A stretch of DNA of 64,000 nucleotides, taken from Camelus ferus. Its lineage: Eukaryota. Shown in pieces: positions 25,921 to 39,539 of this stretch; the first letter of the stretch is position 1; every line of letters begins with the position of its first letter. The notes under the pieces were generated by a model. The model saw only the letters and a program-made list of their open reading frames with translations. It was not told the DNA's origin and made no database searches. Position numbers and translations under genes: made by a program. The stretch covers positions 60,018,001 to 60,082,000 of the forward strand of contig NC_045707.1 of NCBI RefSeq assembly GCF_009834535.1. Direction: 5' to 3'.

Positions 25921-26004
25921 ATATTGATCAGGAAAGCTACTGGAGCCAGATGGAGCCAAGCAAAAATTACAGTTAGTATTCTTTGCCTCAAGGGTGCTGA
26001 TCAG
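25921..26004 (+). other. Exon-like segment, 84 nt, plus strand (possible antisense/lncRNA exon or chance match)
   Basis: Pyrimidine-rich acceptor ending ...ACTCTTTCAG| and a perfect donor CAG|GTAAGT. Only one frame is open (ILIRKATGARWSQAKITVSILCLKGADQ) and I do not recognise it. Confidence 0.25.
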
Positions 26005-26931
26005 GTAAGTAATACTGTCACCCTATCTATAGAGAGGTACCTATATAAGGCCACTTCCTGCTCAGGTGGCTCACATGCTGCAATAACTAACTTTAATACT
26101 TAAGATGTGCACATACATTAAATTCATACAAATTGGGAATATTTTAACACATAACGTGGCTTAGCTGTCAAGATAGCTCAGCAGTATTTCAATTGTAGAT
26201 ATGAGAACTAATTAAATGACTTATAATATTTAATAAGAGTCCATAATTCAGGAGAGATTCTTACTTCTATGAGTATAGATAAACCTACACTTGAGCTCAG
26301 AAATTTAAATGCGCAGTTAACAGGGGAAAATATATGTTGGAAGGAAATTAAGAATTTTAAGCATGAGAACACACAGTATAATCATTTTATCTTATAGTTT
26401 TCTACACTTTCAGTAAAATTAATCTGAAAGACACAGAAAAACCAATCTTTTGAGTAGCTGTTAATAATTAAATTATTTAATAATGAATGATGCATATATA
26501 TCAAGAGACAAATTATTCCCTTCATGTCTAGCGTATCTCATCACGTTTGAACTTTGATTATTACAATATAATAGAATTTTAGCTTGATTTTATGTTAAAG
26601 CTGCAAGATCTCAGCACTTTTTAATAATGAATTGGGAAAAGAGAGTTTCATGTTTAGGCTCTAAAATGTTGCATTACTCACTGTCCGAAATGAAGTGATA
26701 TTTCAAATAAAGCAAAACTAGAGTCCTGGCTCATCTGACCTTGAAAGTTCTGAGCGTCTTTAGGTTGAAAAAAATGACTCAAATATGGGAATTCTATAGA
26801 CCACAGTGCACCCCACAGCTTTTACAGACGCCTCCAATGTCTCAAAGGTATAGGCTACATTCATGCTAGAGCCTTTCTTTCTCCAACTCAACTTCTTAGA
26901 GATTCTATTTTTGAGGATGTAAAAAGGAGGA

Positions 26932-27040
26932 TATGTATGTGTGTATATATGGATGTATGTGTATATACAGCTGTACATACTGTATATACATATGTGTATA
27001 TATATATATATATATATACTATATATACAGAGAGAGAGAG
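26932..27040. repeat. Imperfect (TA/TG)n microsatellite followed by (GA)n
   Basis: Read directly from the sequence. Confidence 0.95.
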
Positions 27041-27229
27041 AGGACAAATGCATGAATTCATATCTGAAACATCAGGGAAAAAATTAACACTTTTTTTCAA
27101 ACTGAAGTTTCATTATAGTGCTCAGTCTATTTATTCCTTCAAAATCATCATTTTTCCTTCTTCGTATTTCTGTATGTAAGAGTTCTTTGAATTGTAAAGA
27201 ATCTAGACAGTAAAGCAACATAACAACAA

Positions 27230-27430
27230 TCTTCAGTAAAGCACCTACCACATGCTAAGCATGATGTTAGGTGATTTATATATTTTTTCTCTCCTTCTTA
27301 CAACAACTCAGGACAGATGGGTATGGCTATCCCATTTTACAGGCAATGGAATCGCAGGCTTAACGAGGTTGAATAGCCTGTCCAAGGTCATTCAGCTTGT
27401 GACCACAAGAGCTGGAAATCAAATCAAAGT
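27230..27430 (-). mobile_element. MIR SINE
   Basis: ATCCCATTTTACAG...CCAAGGTCATTCAGCTTGTG...AGAGCTGGAAATCAAA. Confidence 0.75.
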
Positions 27431-28319
27431 TAGCAAAGAACCCTTGCCCAAAGGGGTTAGACAAGCTGTGACAGGGGCATAATGGAAGGAGTACCGGAGA
27501 AGAAACAAGAGGATGGGTATTTTCTCTTCCCTGCATGACCTCTGTCCTGATGCTAATACCTCTAGAGCAGCAGCATTCTCCACAGCATGCTGTAACAGCA
27601 CACCTCCCTAGCATGACTGCTTCAGCATCAGTCAGTCCTGGTACTAATGCCTGGGTGCTTGCTAACAGCAAGAGAGAAAACTCCACAGTATAGTGTCACT
27701 CTGTGTAAGAAATGCAAGAAGTGAAGTTAAATCCTATGAGACCCCACTTTTGAAAAAGACCTTCAAGAATCATTAATATCACATCCTTTTTTTTTTTAAT
27801 CTCTAGACAAATAACAAAAAACTTAAAGACTTTTAAAACACAATTCTTGGAAACAGGTTTTTACCAGAATTATCTATGTGAGGTGAGAAAGTCAATATTT
27901 TGCTCTTTACAAAAGTAAGCTTCTATGTATTAGAGCTAAAACATAAGAGTATTAACAGTGTGAGTGTCTGCATAGAGTGAGTTTTTCTCCCACAGAGGTT
28001 TTATCATTTTTCTCATGAAAAGCAATGTTAATACAAGGACTGGGTATTACAAAAAGCCAATATGGTCCCTGGGCACCACCCCTGTACACAGGTGCCCACT
28101 AATTCCAGGTGCCAACACAGAGTTCACTATCAAACACTAACTCTCAGTTCAGATTTCCTTCCTTTAATAGTTACTATAAAGAAAACTTCTCCCAGAATAT
28201 CTTTCATACTCCATTTCATCAAGTTTCACTTTTCACGTGTCTAAGCAGAAGTTAGTAGAATGCTGAACTCGAAAACTGCTGTAATACTACCACTTAATAC
28301 CTTAACACCAAAATCACAA

Positions 28320-29335
28320 ACCAGAAAATTTTAAAAACTGATTAACTGGACTTAAACCTAAAACTTTTCCACTTCAAAAGACACCAGTTAGAAAATTCTA
28401 AGACAAACCAGAGACTGTCAAAAATTATCTATAAATCATATATCTGATAAAGGACATATATCTGGAATACATACAGAACTCTTACAACTCTATACTAAGT
28501 AGATAGACCAATTTAAAAACTGGCAAAGCCATTTGATAGATCTGTTTTACCAAAGAAGAATGGCTAATAAGCACATGAAAAAGTGATCAACATCATTTAT
28601 TCATTAGGAAATGAAAATTAAATCCACCATGAGATACCACTATACTTCAACTATAGATGGCCAAAATCAAAGACAGACAATACCAAATGTTGGTGAGAAC
28701 ATGGAGAACTGGAACCCTTATATATTTCTGGTGGGAACTGGTCTAGACACTTTTGGTCCAGGTTGATAGTTTCTTAAAAGTTCAACATAAACTTATCATA
28801 CAACTTAGCAATTCTACTCCTAGGAATCTACGTAAGAGAGATGAAAACCTATGTTCACACAAAGGCTTGTAGAGAAATGCTCACAGCAGCATTATTCCTA
28901 ACAGCCCAAAGAATGGAAACGATCCCAATGACCACACATAAGTTAATGTGACATATCCCCACAACTGGACATGATCTAGCAATAAAACAGGGATGAGCCA
29001 CTGATATCTGCTACAACATGGATAAACCTCAAAAACATCATGTGAAGTGAAAGAAGCCAGGCACACACACATATTAAAAAAAAAAAACTACATATTCTAT
29101 GATCACATTTATATGAAATATCCAGAAAATGCAAATTTATAGGAAAACATATAAGTGATTACCTGGACTGTTGCTGCAAAAATGCCCATAGGAACTTGGA
29201 TGTTAATGGAAATTTTGTAAAACTGAGTTGTGATGTTAGTGGCATAACTCCATAAATGTACTAATTATTGAATTGTACACTGCAATGGGTGGGATTTTAG
29301 GGTATGTACAGTATACCTTTAGAAGTTTTAAAAAT
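28320..29335 (+). mobile_element. Old L1 3' ~1 kb (L1MB/L1ME-like)
   Basis: ATATCTGATAAAGGAC...GGCTAATAAGCACATGAAAA...TACCAAATGTTGGTGAGAA...GCAATTCTACTCCTAGG...CAACATGGATAAACCTCAAAAACAT...TTGAATTGTACAC. Confidence 0.9.
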
Positions 29336-32300
29336 AATAATGCCTTCCATAACTGTACATTTTTTTATTTTCTAATTGGAAAGTAAAGCTTAAATCCAGA
29401 GAAATTCAAAAGCTAATGTAAGAGACATCTGTGCATCAGTCACCCAGAAATAAAATATGTTGACTTGCTTTATTTCGCTTCAATTCTTTTCATATGCATT
29501 AGATCTCATCTGCTTCAATTCTGTAAAGGAAGCAGAACTGTTATTATCCAAATTCTTTGTAAGTAGAAGCAGGCAGAAATATCAAGAGAATTAACTAAAT
29601 CAATATATAATTAAGTCAACTAATCAAAATGAAAACCATTTTTAATAAAATTCTAATTTGGAGTCTTTCCACTCTTCCAAGTTTTAGTGCATTTAAAATT
29701 GACAAGCCAACCATAATTCATTTCTCCCTATAATTCACAGGTAATTCCAAAGAATTAAAGGCTAGTAGAATGTTTATTCTCTTTGACAAGGTATATGATG
29801 TTAGTCAGAATGTTGGATTCCACCCTCCTAGAGGAAAATCCTAGTTATAGCTTTGAGTTTTATGAAACCACTTTGTTCCTGTGTTTTTCCTTTTATGAAA
29901 AACAGAGAAAAAAAATAACGTCTTTTCTCCCTCACAGGGTTGTGACAGGCGTCACAGACAAATTATATTCATATCCTGTACATCTGTAACAAAGATTTGA
30001 AAGTTGTAATAAATCAGATGTAAAACTTCACTTCACTGGTTATTGAAAATGCCCCTCAAAATTGAGAATGTTGTTCAAACTGAACAACGTGAGACAGGTG
30101 ATGGCTAAAGTTAGAGATACCAGCTGATAAGAGCCAGCCCTGTCCTCAAGTAACTCAGCGCCCAGAGGTGAAAACAAGTCATTTCAATGCCATATGGTCA
30201 GTTCCTTTTTTCTACCCACCTAATACATTTATAGATTACATGTGAGCATATTTTTTTTTCCTGGTAAAAGTTTCTATATGCACAAATGGCTTCAGTTTTG
30301 CCAAACTGAAGTGCTACATCACAGTTTGATATGACTCAGACAGCTGCCTCTTCATGAAAGTAATTTCAGAATGCTTCAAGACATCCTGAAGTTGAGCAGA
30401 AGACATACCAAGTTGCCTACAATAAGCATCTTAGTTACCCTGAAGATATAAATGTAGTTGCCTCATGACAACTACCTTGGATTTCAATGAGTTAAATATA
30501 CAACATGGAAGACTTGGAGCTTTGAAAACAGTTTAATTATTTGTAGTTAAAATTTGAAGTCCAGATTCAAGGAAAAAGGAACAATTCTAGTCCTCAATGG
30601 GATTTCTAATGAAAAGTTTGCTCAAAGCTTAGATGAGTAAACCAAATACATTTCCACAGCTGCTCCAATTAAACGTGGATAACTTAAGTAAACAAAAACT
30701 TTTGCATATGATCTCAATAGAAACAACCAAGTTTTGTGGATTCACGCTTAGGACTGAGTCAACTACGTGGTCGTTCCTCCCAGAGGTTGAATGCACACCA
30801 CAGTGGTATTCTTTAACATACCCTCAATTCTGTCTTCTTTGCCACTTCCAAAATGTTAGCAAATGTCTGTAATCTGTAAAAATGTTCCACCCAAACACGA
30901 TTGCTTGAATATACTGGTCAGTCATGTGCATTTTTGAAATGGTGAGCTGCATTTCCACTTATCAGCCAGTTATTAAGAACATCTGCTTGGTTGCGCTCAA
31001 TGGAAGGGAAACCTGCTTGGCCACTGCAGAGGGACGTTTGTTTCCGTCCCAGAGAGTCCCCTGCTGTCCAGTGCTCTGCTTTTTCCTCATAAGCTTAAAT
31101 GAATAGAACGTTCTTGGCTTTCTCTCTTCACAGGGAGTAGCCTCCAATAAGGTGATCATCATCAGTAATAATACAATGTTTTAATATTTCTATGCTGCTG
31201 TTAATCCTGAAGAGACTGGAAAAAAATGTTAAGAAATACAGAATTCTCTACATCCATTTTTTGAAACTAGGCCATTATTGAGGCAAAACAGAAGAAGTCA
31301 TCAAACCCTCTAGATTTACTCTGCAACCAGAGAAAACCACAGGATGGATGACTCAACAGAGGCCCCAAGAAGGCGATGAGAACTGCTGTCTGGGGCTGCG
31401 GCTTTCAACTTCTGGAGAACATGGTAACCTTTCAAACTGCTGACTGGCTCTGGAGCGTCCGCCTACTTTTCCTATGAATCTATACAAGAGGAACATTTTC
31501 ATTGAATTCAAAAAAAGCTGTGCAGACACATCGAATATTTTGGGCACTATGACGTTAAATGCAAAACAAATGTCAATGAGTGCTGATCCTCTTTTTTTTT
31601 TTTAATTTAATAGCAATAATATCCACAAAACTCAAAACAGATACATTTAATGAGATATTTAAGTCTGGAAATTTGGAAAATTATCAGTCCTGGACTTAAA
31701 CGTCAAAAAGAATTCATGTTTGGTCCTGCACAGTTATTTGACCCAGGGTTAGAGGGAAAACATGACATCTCTTCTTTTTTTTTGGAACCACTGAGGTGAA
31801 AGGGCTCTATTTGTAGGCACGGAATACTAAAGATAAAAAATAAGGAGAACGGCTGTATAACCAAGATTAAGAAAGCACAATTTAGTGATTCTTGGGGGAT
31901 TCTGTCTCTGGAACACTGTAAGAAAATTTGACTACCATTTCCATAGTTAGGGAGAGTAAATACATCTAAGAGTCTCCACAGTTCCTCAGTTTGACTGTAA
32001 CTCCGTGACTCCAAATGGGTTTCCAATAGTCAGAGCAAATAATCATGATAAAACTACTCTTCTCTGGAAGAGCTAGAACCATGGCAATCCCATACCCCAT
32101 CCAGAAGTGGCTCGAGGCTACTCATATAAGCATCTCTCAGTTTATCCGTGGTTCTTAATGCTATGAAGACCACCACTCAATGCCCTCACTTTTCAGATCT
32201 CTCACAGTGAAGCTGGCTTTAGATACTGTTCCAACTCTAAACTGTTGACACAAGTTAGTCACTAAGATTTTTCCTAATGTAATCTGATATATGGCTTCAG

Positions 32301-32834
32301 ATTTCCTCAGGTTGGTATATAATCAGTCATGTGGCGTTGTCTCTAAAGTATACAGGATGTGCAAGTTTTCAGGGCCCAAAATAATACCTATGTATCACAT
32401 TTTTCAAACCACAGCCATAAGGGGTATAAAAATTCCCCAGAGGATATCAAGCAGAGTTCAACACTGGTTGTTTACAATGCCTACTATGTCTCGGGTATGG
32501 CAATAAATAATGTGCTGAAAAAGTGAAGCAAATATGCTACTTTGCTTTGTTTCAAGACCAAGTTATTTTTTTTTTTTACTAGATCTGTAAGGAAACTAAA
32601 TTTGCTGGATAAAACACAGAATTCAGTCCTCTAGTCAGAATTTTCCTGTATCTGTCATGAAAGAAATCTGCACTCTCTTAAGAATGACTGGCTTATTACA
32701 TGAGAGTTTTGTACATTTCTGAAAACATTTTTTTTCTAATCTCAAGGGCCATGAATTATTTTTGTAACTATTACATTACTGTACCTCTGTAATGACATTT
32801 TAAATAAGATCATATGGTTTGACACTATATTAGT

Positions 32835-33100
32835 TTCCAGTATTTTTCCAGGAACATAATTCTTCAAGATGGTTATAAAGAAGACCACTTACTGCGGTCA
32901 AGTTTGGGAAACACTGTGGCCTCCCACTGGTTGTTCTCAAAGCACAGTAACATATTCAAGGCTCTGAGAAGTCTCGCGGTAAAGAACCCTTTTTAACCAT
33001 TTAACCCAACAACCCGTGTATACATTAATCACAGAAAAACTTTCTCATGTGATTACAACCTCTGGCAGCGGTGTCCCTATAACACACACTTCACTAACCA
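32835..33100. mobile_element. hAT-Charlie-type DNA transposon relic
   Basis: AAGTTTGGGAAACACTG...AAGGCTCTGAGAAGTC...GTAAAGAA...TTTAACCC. A reverse-complement relative lies at ~39540-39850. Confidence 0.55.
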
Positions 33101-33292
33101 TGCTGCTGCTTTAACTCATAAAATTTGTCTGCATTATTTAAACAATTGAATAAATAATGCATAATGATACAAGATTATTCAGCAGTTTGTCTGCAACTAC
33201 CTGGCTTATTTGTCTGCATCCCATAACTTGACTTTTGTAAACACGGTCTAAATGAATGAACAAACATCCTCCACATTTCCAGCATTTGATGG

Positions 33293-33735
33293 TGTTACGG
33301 GTTGAACTGTATCCTCCAAGAAAGACATGCTGATGTCTTAACCCCCAGTAGCTCAGAATGTGACGTTAGTAGGAAACCGAGTTAAAAAGAGGTCACTAGG
33401 GTATACCCTAATTCAACATGACTCCTGTGCTTATAAAAAAAAAAAAAGAGAGAGAGGGAGAAATTTGGACAAAGAGAAAGACATGCACAGAGAGAAGATG
33501 ATGTAAAGATACACTGAAAAGATGGCCACGTGACTGGAAGGGTACATCTAGAAACCAAGTAATAATGCCAAGTCTTGTGGAAACACAAGAAGCTGAAAAA
33601 TCAAGGAAGGATTCTCCCCCACGGCACCTTCATCTCAGACTTCTAGCCTACACAACAGTGGGAATAAATTTCTGCTGTTTTAAACCACCCAGTTTTGGGT
33701 TCTAGGTTATGGCAGAATCCTAGGAAACTAAAACA
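33293..33735 (+). mobile_element. MaLR solo LTR (MLT1B/C-like), near complete
   Basis: TGTTACGGGTTGAACTGT...CTCAGAATGTGAC...AAGGAAGGATTCTCCCC...CAGACTTCTAGCCT...AATAAATTTCTGCTGTTTTAAACCACCCAG...CTAGGAAACTAAAACA, with TG...CA ends. Confidence 0.9.
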
Positions 33736-34124
33736 GGTGATAGGTCCACACATACTTTATATCTGTTTTTAAATATTGACAATATAATGAACTAGATCAG
33801 TAATAAATTATTTTCTTTAACAGCATCTTTCATAATGGGTTCATTTATATATTGTTTTTACAAGTTAAATTTTAGATTTCATTCAGCAACTCCATAACCA
33901 TTAGAGAAAACACAAACATCAAGGAAAATGAAGGGGAAAAAAAGAAAAATAATTATCAATCAAAAAATTAAATCAATGTCATATGACTATTACTCTCAAA
34001 TGGAAGAACTCTACAGAGGGGGTCTCATCTCAACATTCTCCTTGAATACACTATGCTTGATACTCTCCACATCTGGAAAATTTATGTACAAGAATTATGT
34101 CTTTCCGTTAACAGACACACATTA

Positions 34125-34310
34125 ATATATATAAAATAAACAACAAGGACCTATTGTATAGCACAGGAAACTATAAAGAACAAGAATCTGAAAAAACTAT
34201 GTATGTATATGTATAACTGAATCACTTTGCTGTACATCTGAAACTAACATTGTAAATCAACTAATGTTATAAATCGATTACACTTCAATAAAAAATAAAA
34301 TTTTTAAAAA
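34125..34310 (+). mobile_element. L1 3' end, cetartiodactyl type
   Basis: AACAACAAGGACCTATTGTATAGCACAGG...GTATAACTGAATCACTTTGCTGTACA...ACTTCAATAAAAAATAAA. Confidence 0.9.
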
Positions 34311-37079
34311 TCAATACACCTTGCAGACCTCTGGCTAGACTGACAAAGAAAAAAAGAAAAAACATTATTAATATTCTATCTTACATTTGTATAGGTGACA
34401 GTTGTAAAAATAAATACAGAGAGAAAAAAATTTTTAAAGGATTTTGTCTTTCCAGATATTGCAGTGGACATTTCAGAAAATATAGCTCTGCAGAATACTG
34501 GTAGAATTGTCTTGCTGTTTTTTTGAAAATCTAGGTCATGATCAGCTTGTTTTAAAGCAAACAAATATTATTGTGAGAGTGACACAATCATGTATTTGAA
34601 ACTACAACTGTCAATATGTTTCTGAAGAGATACGACTCCATGTGGCCTGAGTTCTTTTCACTGTAATGCATGCTGTGAAATACCTCACAGGAGGCACTGA
34701 GGAAGAGTGAGTGTTCAGGAGCCATCAAAGGTACATGGTACCTGATGGATCCACATATTCAGGCAGAAGAGCTGAGCCCACAATTCAGAAACAACGAGGT
34801 CCATAAGAAAAAATACCACCCGAATTTGGTTACCTGTCTCTGTACCCAGGTACGGTCAACAAGGGCAGCGTTTGCTGTACTAGTCCCATTTCAGAAGTGG
34901 GGACCTCCAACCTTTGGGAAGACACCAGTAACTAGGGCCTGCTAGTAATGGCCATGGAGGGCCCCCAACCATGGCGGCCAGAAAGGAGGCAGAGGCCCCT
35001 GGTAAAGCACACACGTGGCTGAGGAACACAGAAGGCAATTTTCTCTTACACTCTCAAGGATATATCACACAAATACTAAAGTTCAGTATTCACTGTCAAA
35101 AGTTAGAAGATGATTTTTTTTCCTCCCAGTAGTCCAATAAAACAAACTTTCAATATCGACATCCTAACACCTTCAAATTACAATTGCTAATACAATCATT
35201 ATTGCATTTATTATTGTGTGAAGGTACTATGTATACACATATAGTCATACATACATTTCAGTGTGATACGTATTATATAAAAGTCTAACAAACTATGTAA
35301 TCCTTGTTGAATGTTCAAACTTCATTTGGTGATAGTATAATAAAAAATTTTTAAAGTAGACAAACAGCCAAAGAATATATATTTTTTTTAAAAAGCAGAG
35401 ATCTAAGGAATAATGATTTCTAACTGAGTGGTTCAAACTGATAAATAAAGCATTTATCAGTAAGAAATGACAGTAAAGAATAATACATCACATGGCTAAT
35501 TGGTTAAGACTGTCTTAATATTTACTCCCTATCTTTGTAGTGAACCACTAGAGAGTGTCTTTATCAGTCCTGCACTATCTGTCCGAAGAAGAATATATAT
35601 TTCAGAATCCACACGTGGATTCACATTCATGTATCAAAAGGTTCCTCTCTAAGTGGGGCTTATCAGTCTAAACCCACAGAGGCTGTCAATGACTTAACCA
35701 TTTTAAGACAGGAACTTCTTTGTAAATACTTGCAAGTCAGCAGGTGCATATAAGCTATTTCCTGCTACACTATGGCTGGGCATAAGCTATATTGAAAAAT
35801 GTTACACAGTGTAAAGTAAAATTCCAATATTCCAGATTCGACATCTCATTATTTATTAATTAGGGATGCATATCCCACGTCTCGGCATGGCATTGAAAAT
35901 GCACTAATGCTAATGAGACGATGGCTTAAAAGTGGTGGGATATTTAAAACCTAGCTCTGAGAAGCAGTTCAGCTCTGTCACCAGCATTATAATGACCTTC
36001 TAACCTTGGGCTCAAAACCCATAGTTTCTCATGCTTCCCTTTGTTTAAAGGCCAAGCAATCTCAGTCTACTTCTCCAGTATCACTGCATTTGAAAATAAT
36101 ACAAGACATAGGAAGTGCCAAAATACTTTCAATTTCATGCTGCTATTGGTTCCTAAGGATGTTACCACTTCAGACAAAATCAGGAATGTCTGAGTACAGA
36201 GAAATCCAAGCAATCTTTGATGTTCTGTATCAGACAGGGAAACGCTACAGACTGTCTCCTCTGCAAACATCAAGCTACATGCCCTGGAACAATGCCAGGG
36301 AGAAACAGGCATTAATGAGTTATTTTCCATTGTTACTCATTCTGTGGCAGTGCCTTATAATTATGAAAATGACTGAAGGGACAATTTGAAATCTAATCAG
36401 GATTAGGAAAAAATCCTTACATTATAGCATTTTTTTTACAAGCTATATTTGTTTTAATACCTCCTCAGCTAAGCTCATTCAGAATACACCTCTCCTATCA
36501 TAAATCAATGTGAATTTATTTTGTCTTTCATGTTTCTTTATGCAGTGCAAACAAAACGAGTTAGAAACTGACCTGCCCCGGAAAGATTAAGTCAGACCTA
36601 ATTAGTTTATATTAAATTGAGAAGAAACTGAATCAGTGTGACTTTAAGGCTGCACTTTTTGTATCCACTTAAAGCATTTGAATCCTTGCATCAGCTCAAA
36701 TTAAATTGTTTCAAAAATGCTTGAATCCCACTGTAGAACACTAGATGGTTTAAAATAAAAGCGCTGGAACAATCACTCCTAGACCAAACTTCACACACTG
36801 AATCAAATTCAACAGAGTATGCCGGTTTTTGAATTGATTCTGTAGTGTGTGCCTGGCACAACTTCCAACCACTACACTGTAAGATGTTAAGCCCCCTCCC
36901 CCAAGTTGTTTTTTTCATTCAAAATTTAGAATAGTTAGCTACAAGGCAATACATTCCCTATTACAAATATTGATATGAATGCTTTGAAAAAGTAATGCCG
37001 GCTTCTAACAAAAATTTCCAATAGCACAGAAGGGTGAAAAATGAAAGCCCTCCTCTCTTTCAGATGCCATTTCTACTTC

Positions 37080-37450
37080 TCAGGAGTAAACCACTTAACA
37101 ATTTATTGCATATTCTTTTATACATTTTCTGTACAAAGAAGAGCATCCTGCAATTTTTTTTTCTACTTGGTATGTCTTGGTTCTCTTCCCAAGGATGTTG
37201 TCATTCTTTGTAATGTGTACCCATCATATTGTATGGATTTGCCATCATTTAATCAGTTCCTAATCTATGTGCATTTCATGTGTCCGCAGTTTTAGATTTT
37301 TACAGAACTATGCTATCATAAGCACCCTTGTCCATCTATCCTAAGAATTTATCCTCCGGCTGCACAAGTGCATGAATGGTAGGACCACTATGTCAAAAAA
37401 AACCTGCCAAGATGCCTTCCACAGAGCTTGCCTGGATTAACGCTCTACCG
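37080..37450 (-). mobile_element. Ancient L1ME-like fragment
   Basis: ATTGTATGGATTTGCCATCATTTAATCAGTTCC...TGCTATCATAAGCACCCTTGT is a degenerate antisense L1 3' region. Confidence 0.5.
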
Positions 37451-37529
37451 AGCCCTGGTTTGTGAAAACTCCCCCTTCTCCCCAACACCACTCAGGGAAA
37501 AGGATGGATAACTAACTTCTGTTGGCCCA

Positions 37530-37715
37530 ACTTTACATAAGCATCTTAAGACATGTTGTTTCATTTACTCCTCTCAACACAATTCTGTATGTCATGTATT
37601 CTCATTTTAACAGATGAGGAAATTGAGAGTTAGAAAGGCTGGGATGAGGCAAAACCAAAATTAAAACCTGGGGTGCCTAGTTCCTCGAGTCAAGCTTTTT
37701 CCAGTCTACTACGTT
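37530..37715 (-). mobile_element. MIR SINE
   Basis: TCATTTACTCCTCTCAAC...CTCATTTTAACAGATGAGGAAATTGAG. Confidence 0.7.
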
Positions 37716-38782
37716 TCCATGTGAGTCAACAGACTGTGGGTTCTTAATTATAATTCAGGAACTTTTCCCACCAGCTGGCTTGGGAGGTTTCCCTGACCGA
37801 GGTAAGTGGTACATGACTGAGAGGCAATGGTAGCTTCAGAATTGCCATTTAGAAGGTGCCCAGAATCAATATTCTGATTTTATTAGCCTCCAAAATGGGA
37901 GAAGGTGGGAGGCAGTACAAGAAATATTTTGTCTTGATTCTATCAAAAACCTAATCATGACACTTAGGAGAAAACAGCTTCTAAGTGCTCGCCCTTTGCC
38001 CTCCTGTGCTGAGATCTTCCCAGTTATCACCCTCTCCCAATCTGTGATTAAAAACAAAACCTGTAGGTACAGCATTACCTCAGCACCCTGTGGATGTTTG
38101 GTTTTGTTTTCCAAGGACAACAATGTCTGTGTCTCCTGGATACCAGCTATCAACAGTACTTTTAATCAAATTGGTCCCACATCACATAGAAGAGTGCTAC
38201 GATTTATAATCTGTTTATCTAGACCAATTGCTTTCAATTTCCTGAAAGACTTCTCTCATCAAATTCGGAAAAAGAATTTCTAGAATGGAGGACAGATATG
38301 ACCAGCTTTCTTAAAGGGGATTTACGTTACAAACTGCAACAAGTTAAAAAAAAAAAAAAAGAAAGAAAGAAAGAAAAGAAATGTCAGGGTAATATCAGAG
38401 GAACAAAGAAACAATAAAAACTCAGCCTGGATTATTCAGTCTATTTATAGTTGAAATTTTTCCAGAAAGGATTTAAAATAAGCATATGAATATTTGGGAA
38501 AGTGAGTTTTTTAAGAGTTAGTTTTTTTTTTTTAATTCTACTCAAAGCACTTAGAGCCACAGAAATAAAATTTAAAAAGCAGTCAAGAGGTAAAGAGAAC
38601 ACGGGAAACCAAGAAGTCAGATCTAGTTTTTAGCGCTGTTCCAACAAAACTACCTACCCTACAAGTTACAAGGAAGCAACGTAGCCAGTACACACCTGGC
38701 CTTCAAAGTGTTTTCCTCCAACTACTTTCACTTTATAAATCTTCGCTAAGCACCTGCTGTATGCCAGTTACCATATTATTTT

Positions 38783-39070
38783 AAGCTGTCCAACGTGATA
38801 GCCACTGGCCACATGTAGCTACTGAACTCTTGAAATGGGGCCCGTATGAACTGAGATGTGCCGTCGGTGTAAATACACACCAAATTTCAAAGACATTAAA
38901 AAGGGAGACTACCTTATAATCATTTTATAGAGATATGTTGAAATAATAATTATTTGGGATATGCTGAGTTAAGTAAGATATATTAAATTTAATATCTTAT
39001 TTTAACGAGTCTCCTAGAAAGTTTAAAATGACATATGTGGCTTGCATTCAGTTTCTACTGGACAGCATGG
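38783..39070. mobile_element. MER33-like hAT-Charlie element
   Basis: GCTGTCCAAC...AGCCACTGGCCACATGTAGCTACTGA...GAACTGAGATGTGC...GTAAATACACACC...ATGTGGCTTGCATT...TTTCTACTGGACAGC, with inverted ends GCTGTCCA/TGGACAGC. Confidence 0.85.
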
Positions 39071-39077
39071 TTCTAGA

Positions 39078-39243
39078 TTCATGTTTCCCAAATTTTCATG
39101 TGTACCTAACTCACCTGGGATCTTGATAAAATGCAGGTTCATGAATCACCACGTGTGGGGTGAGGTCGAAAGTGCTGCATTCTAACAACCTCCCAGGTGA
39201 GCCCCACGTGGCCAGGCTGCAGACCTCATCTTGAGAATGCAGG
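39078..39243. mobile_element. MER5A element
   Basis: TCACCTGGGATCTTGATAAAATGCAG...TGCATTCTAACAACCTCCCAGGTGA...CTTGAGAA. Confidence 0.8.
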
Positions 39244-39539
39244 CTCTGGGCACGTGCTCCCCAGGTGTGCTGACCAGTGCTGGTCTGAAAGTGCCTGTTG
39301 TCAGTCCGAAAGGAGGCAGAAACAGAAACTGAAGAAAATGAGAATGAGTGTTTAGAAACTACTTTTGCTAATTTGACATCGTTACAACATCCAACTGCAC
39401 ACTCTCTGGACCCACCATATTGAGCAGGATACAGGTCAGGTGGAATGCCGTCAGACTCATGTGGTACAGACCGTGGACTAGTCATCACTAGCGGCTCATT
39501 ATGACAGACCAGAATTGTTCAAGTTGGTATTTTACCATA

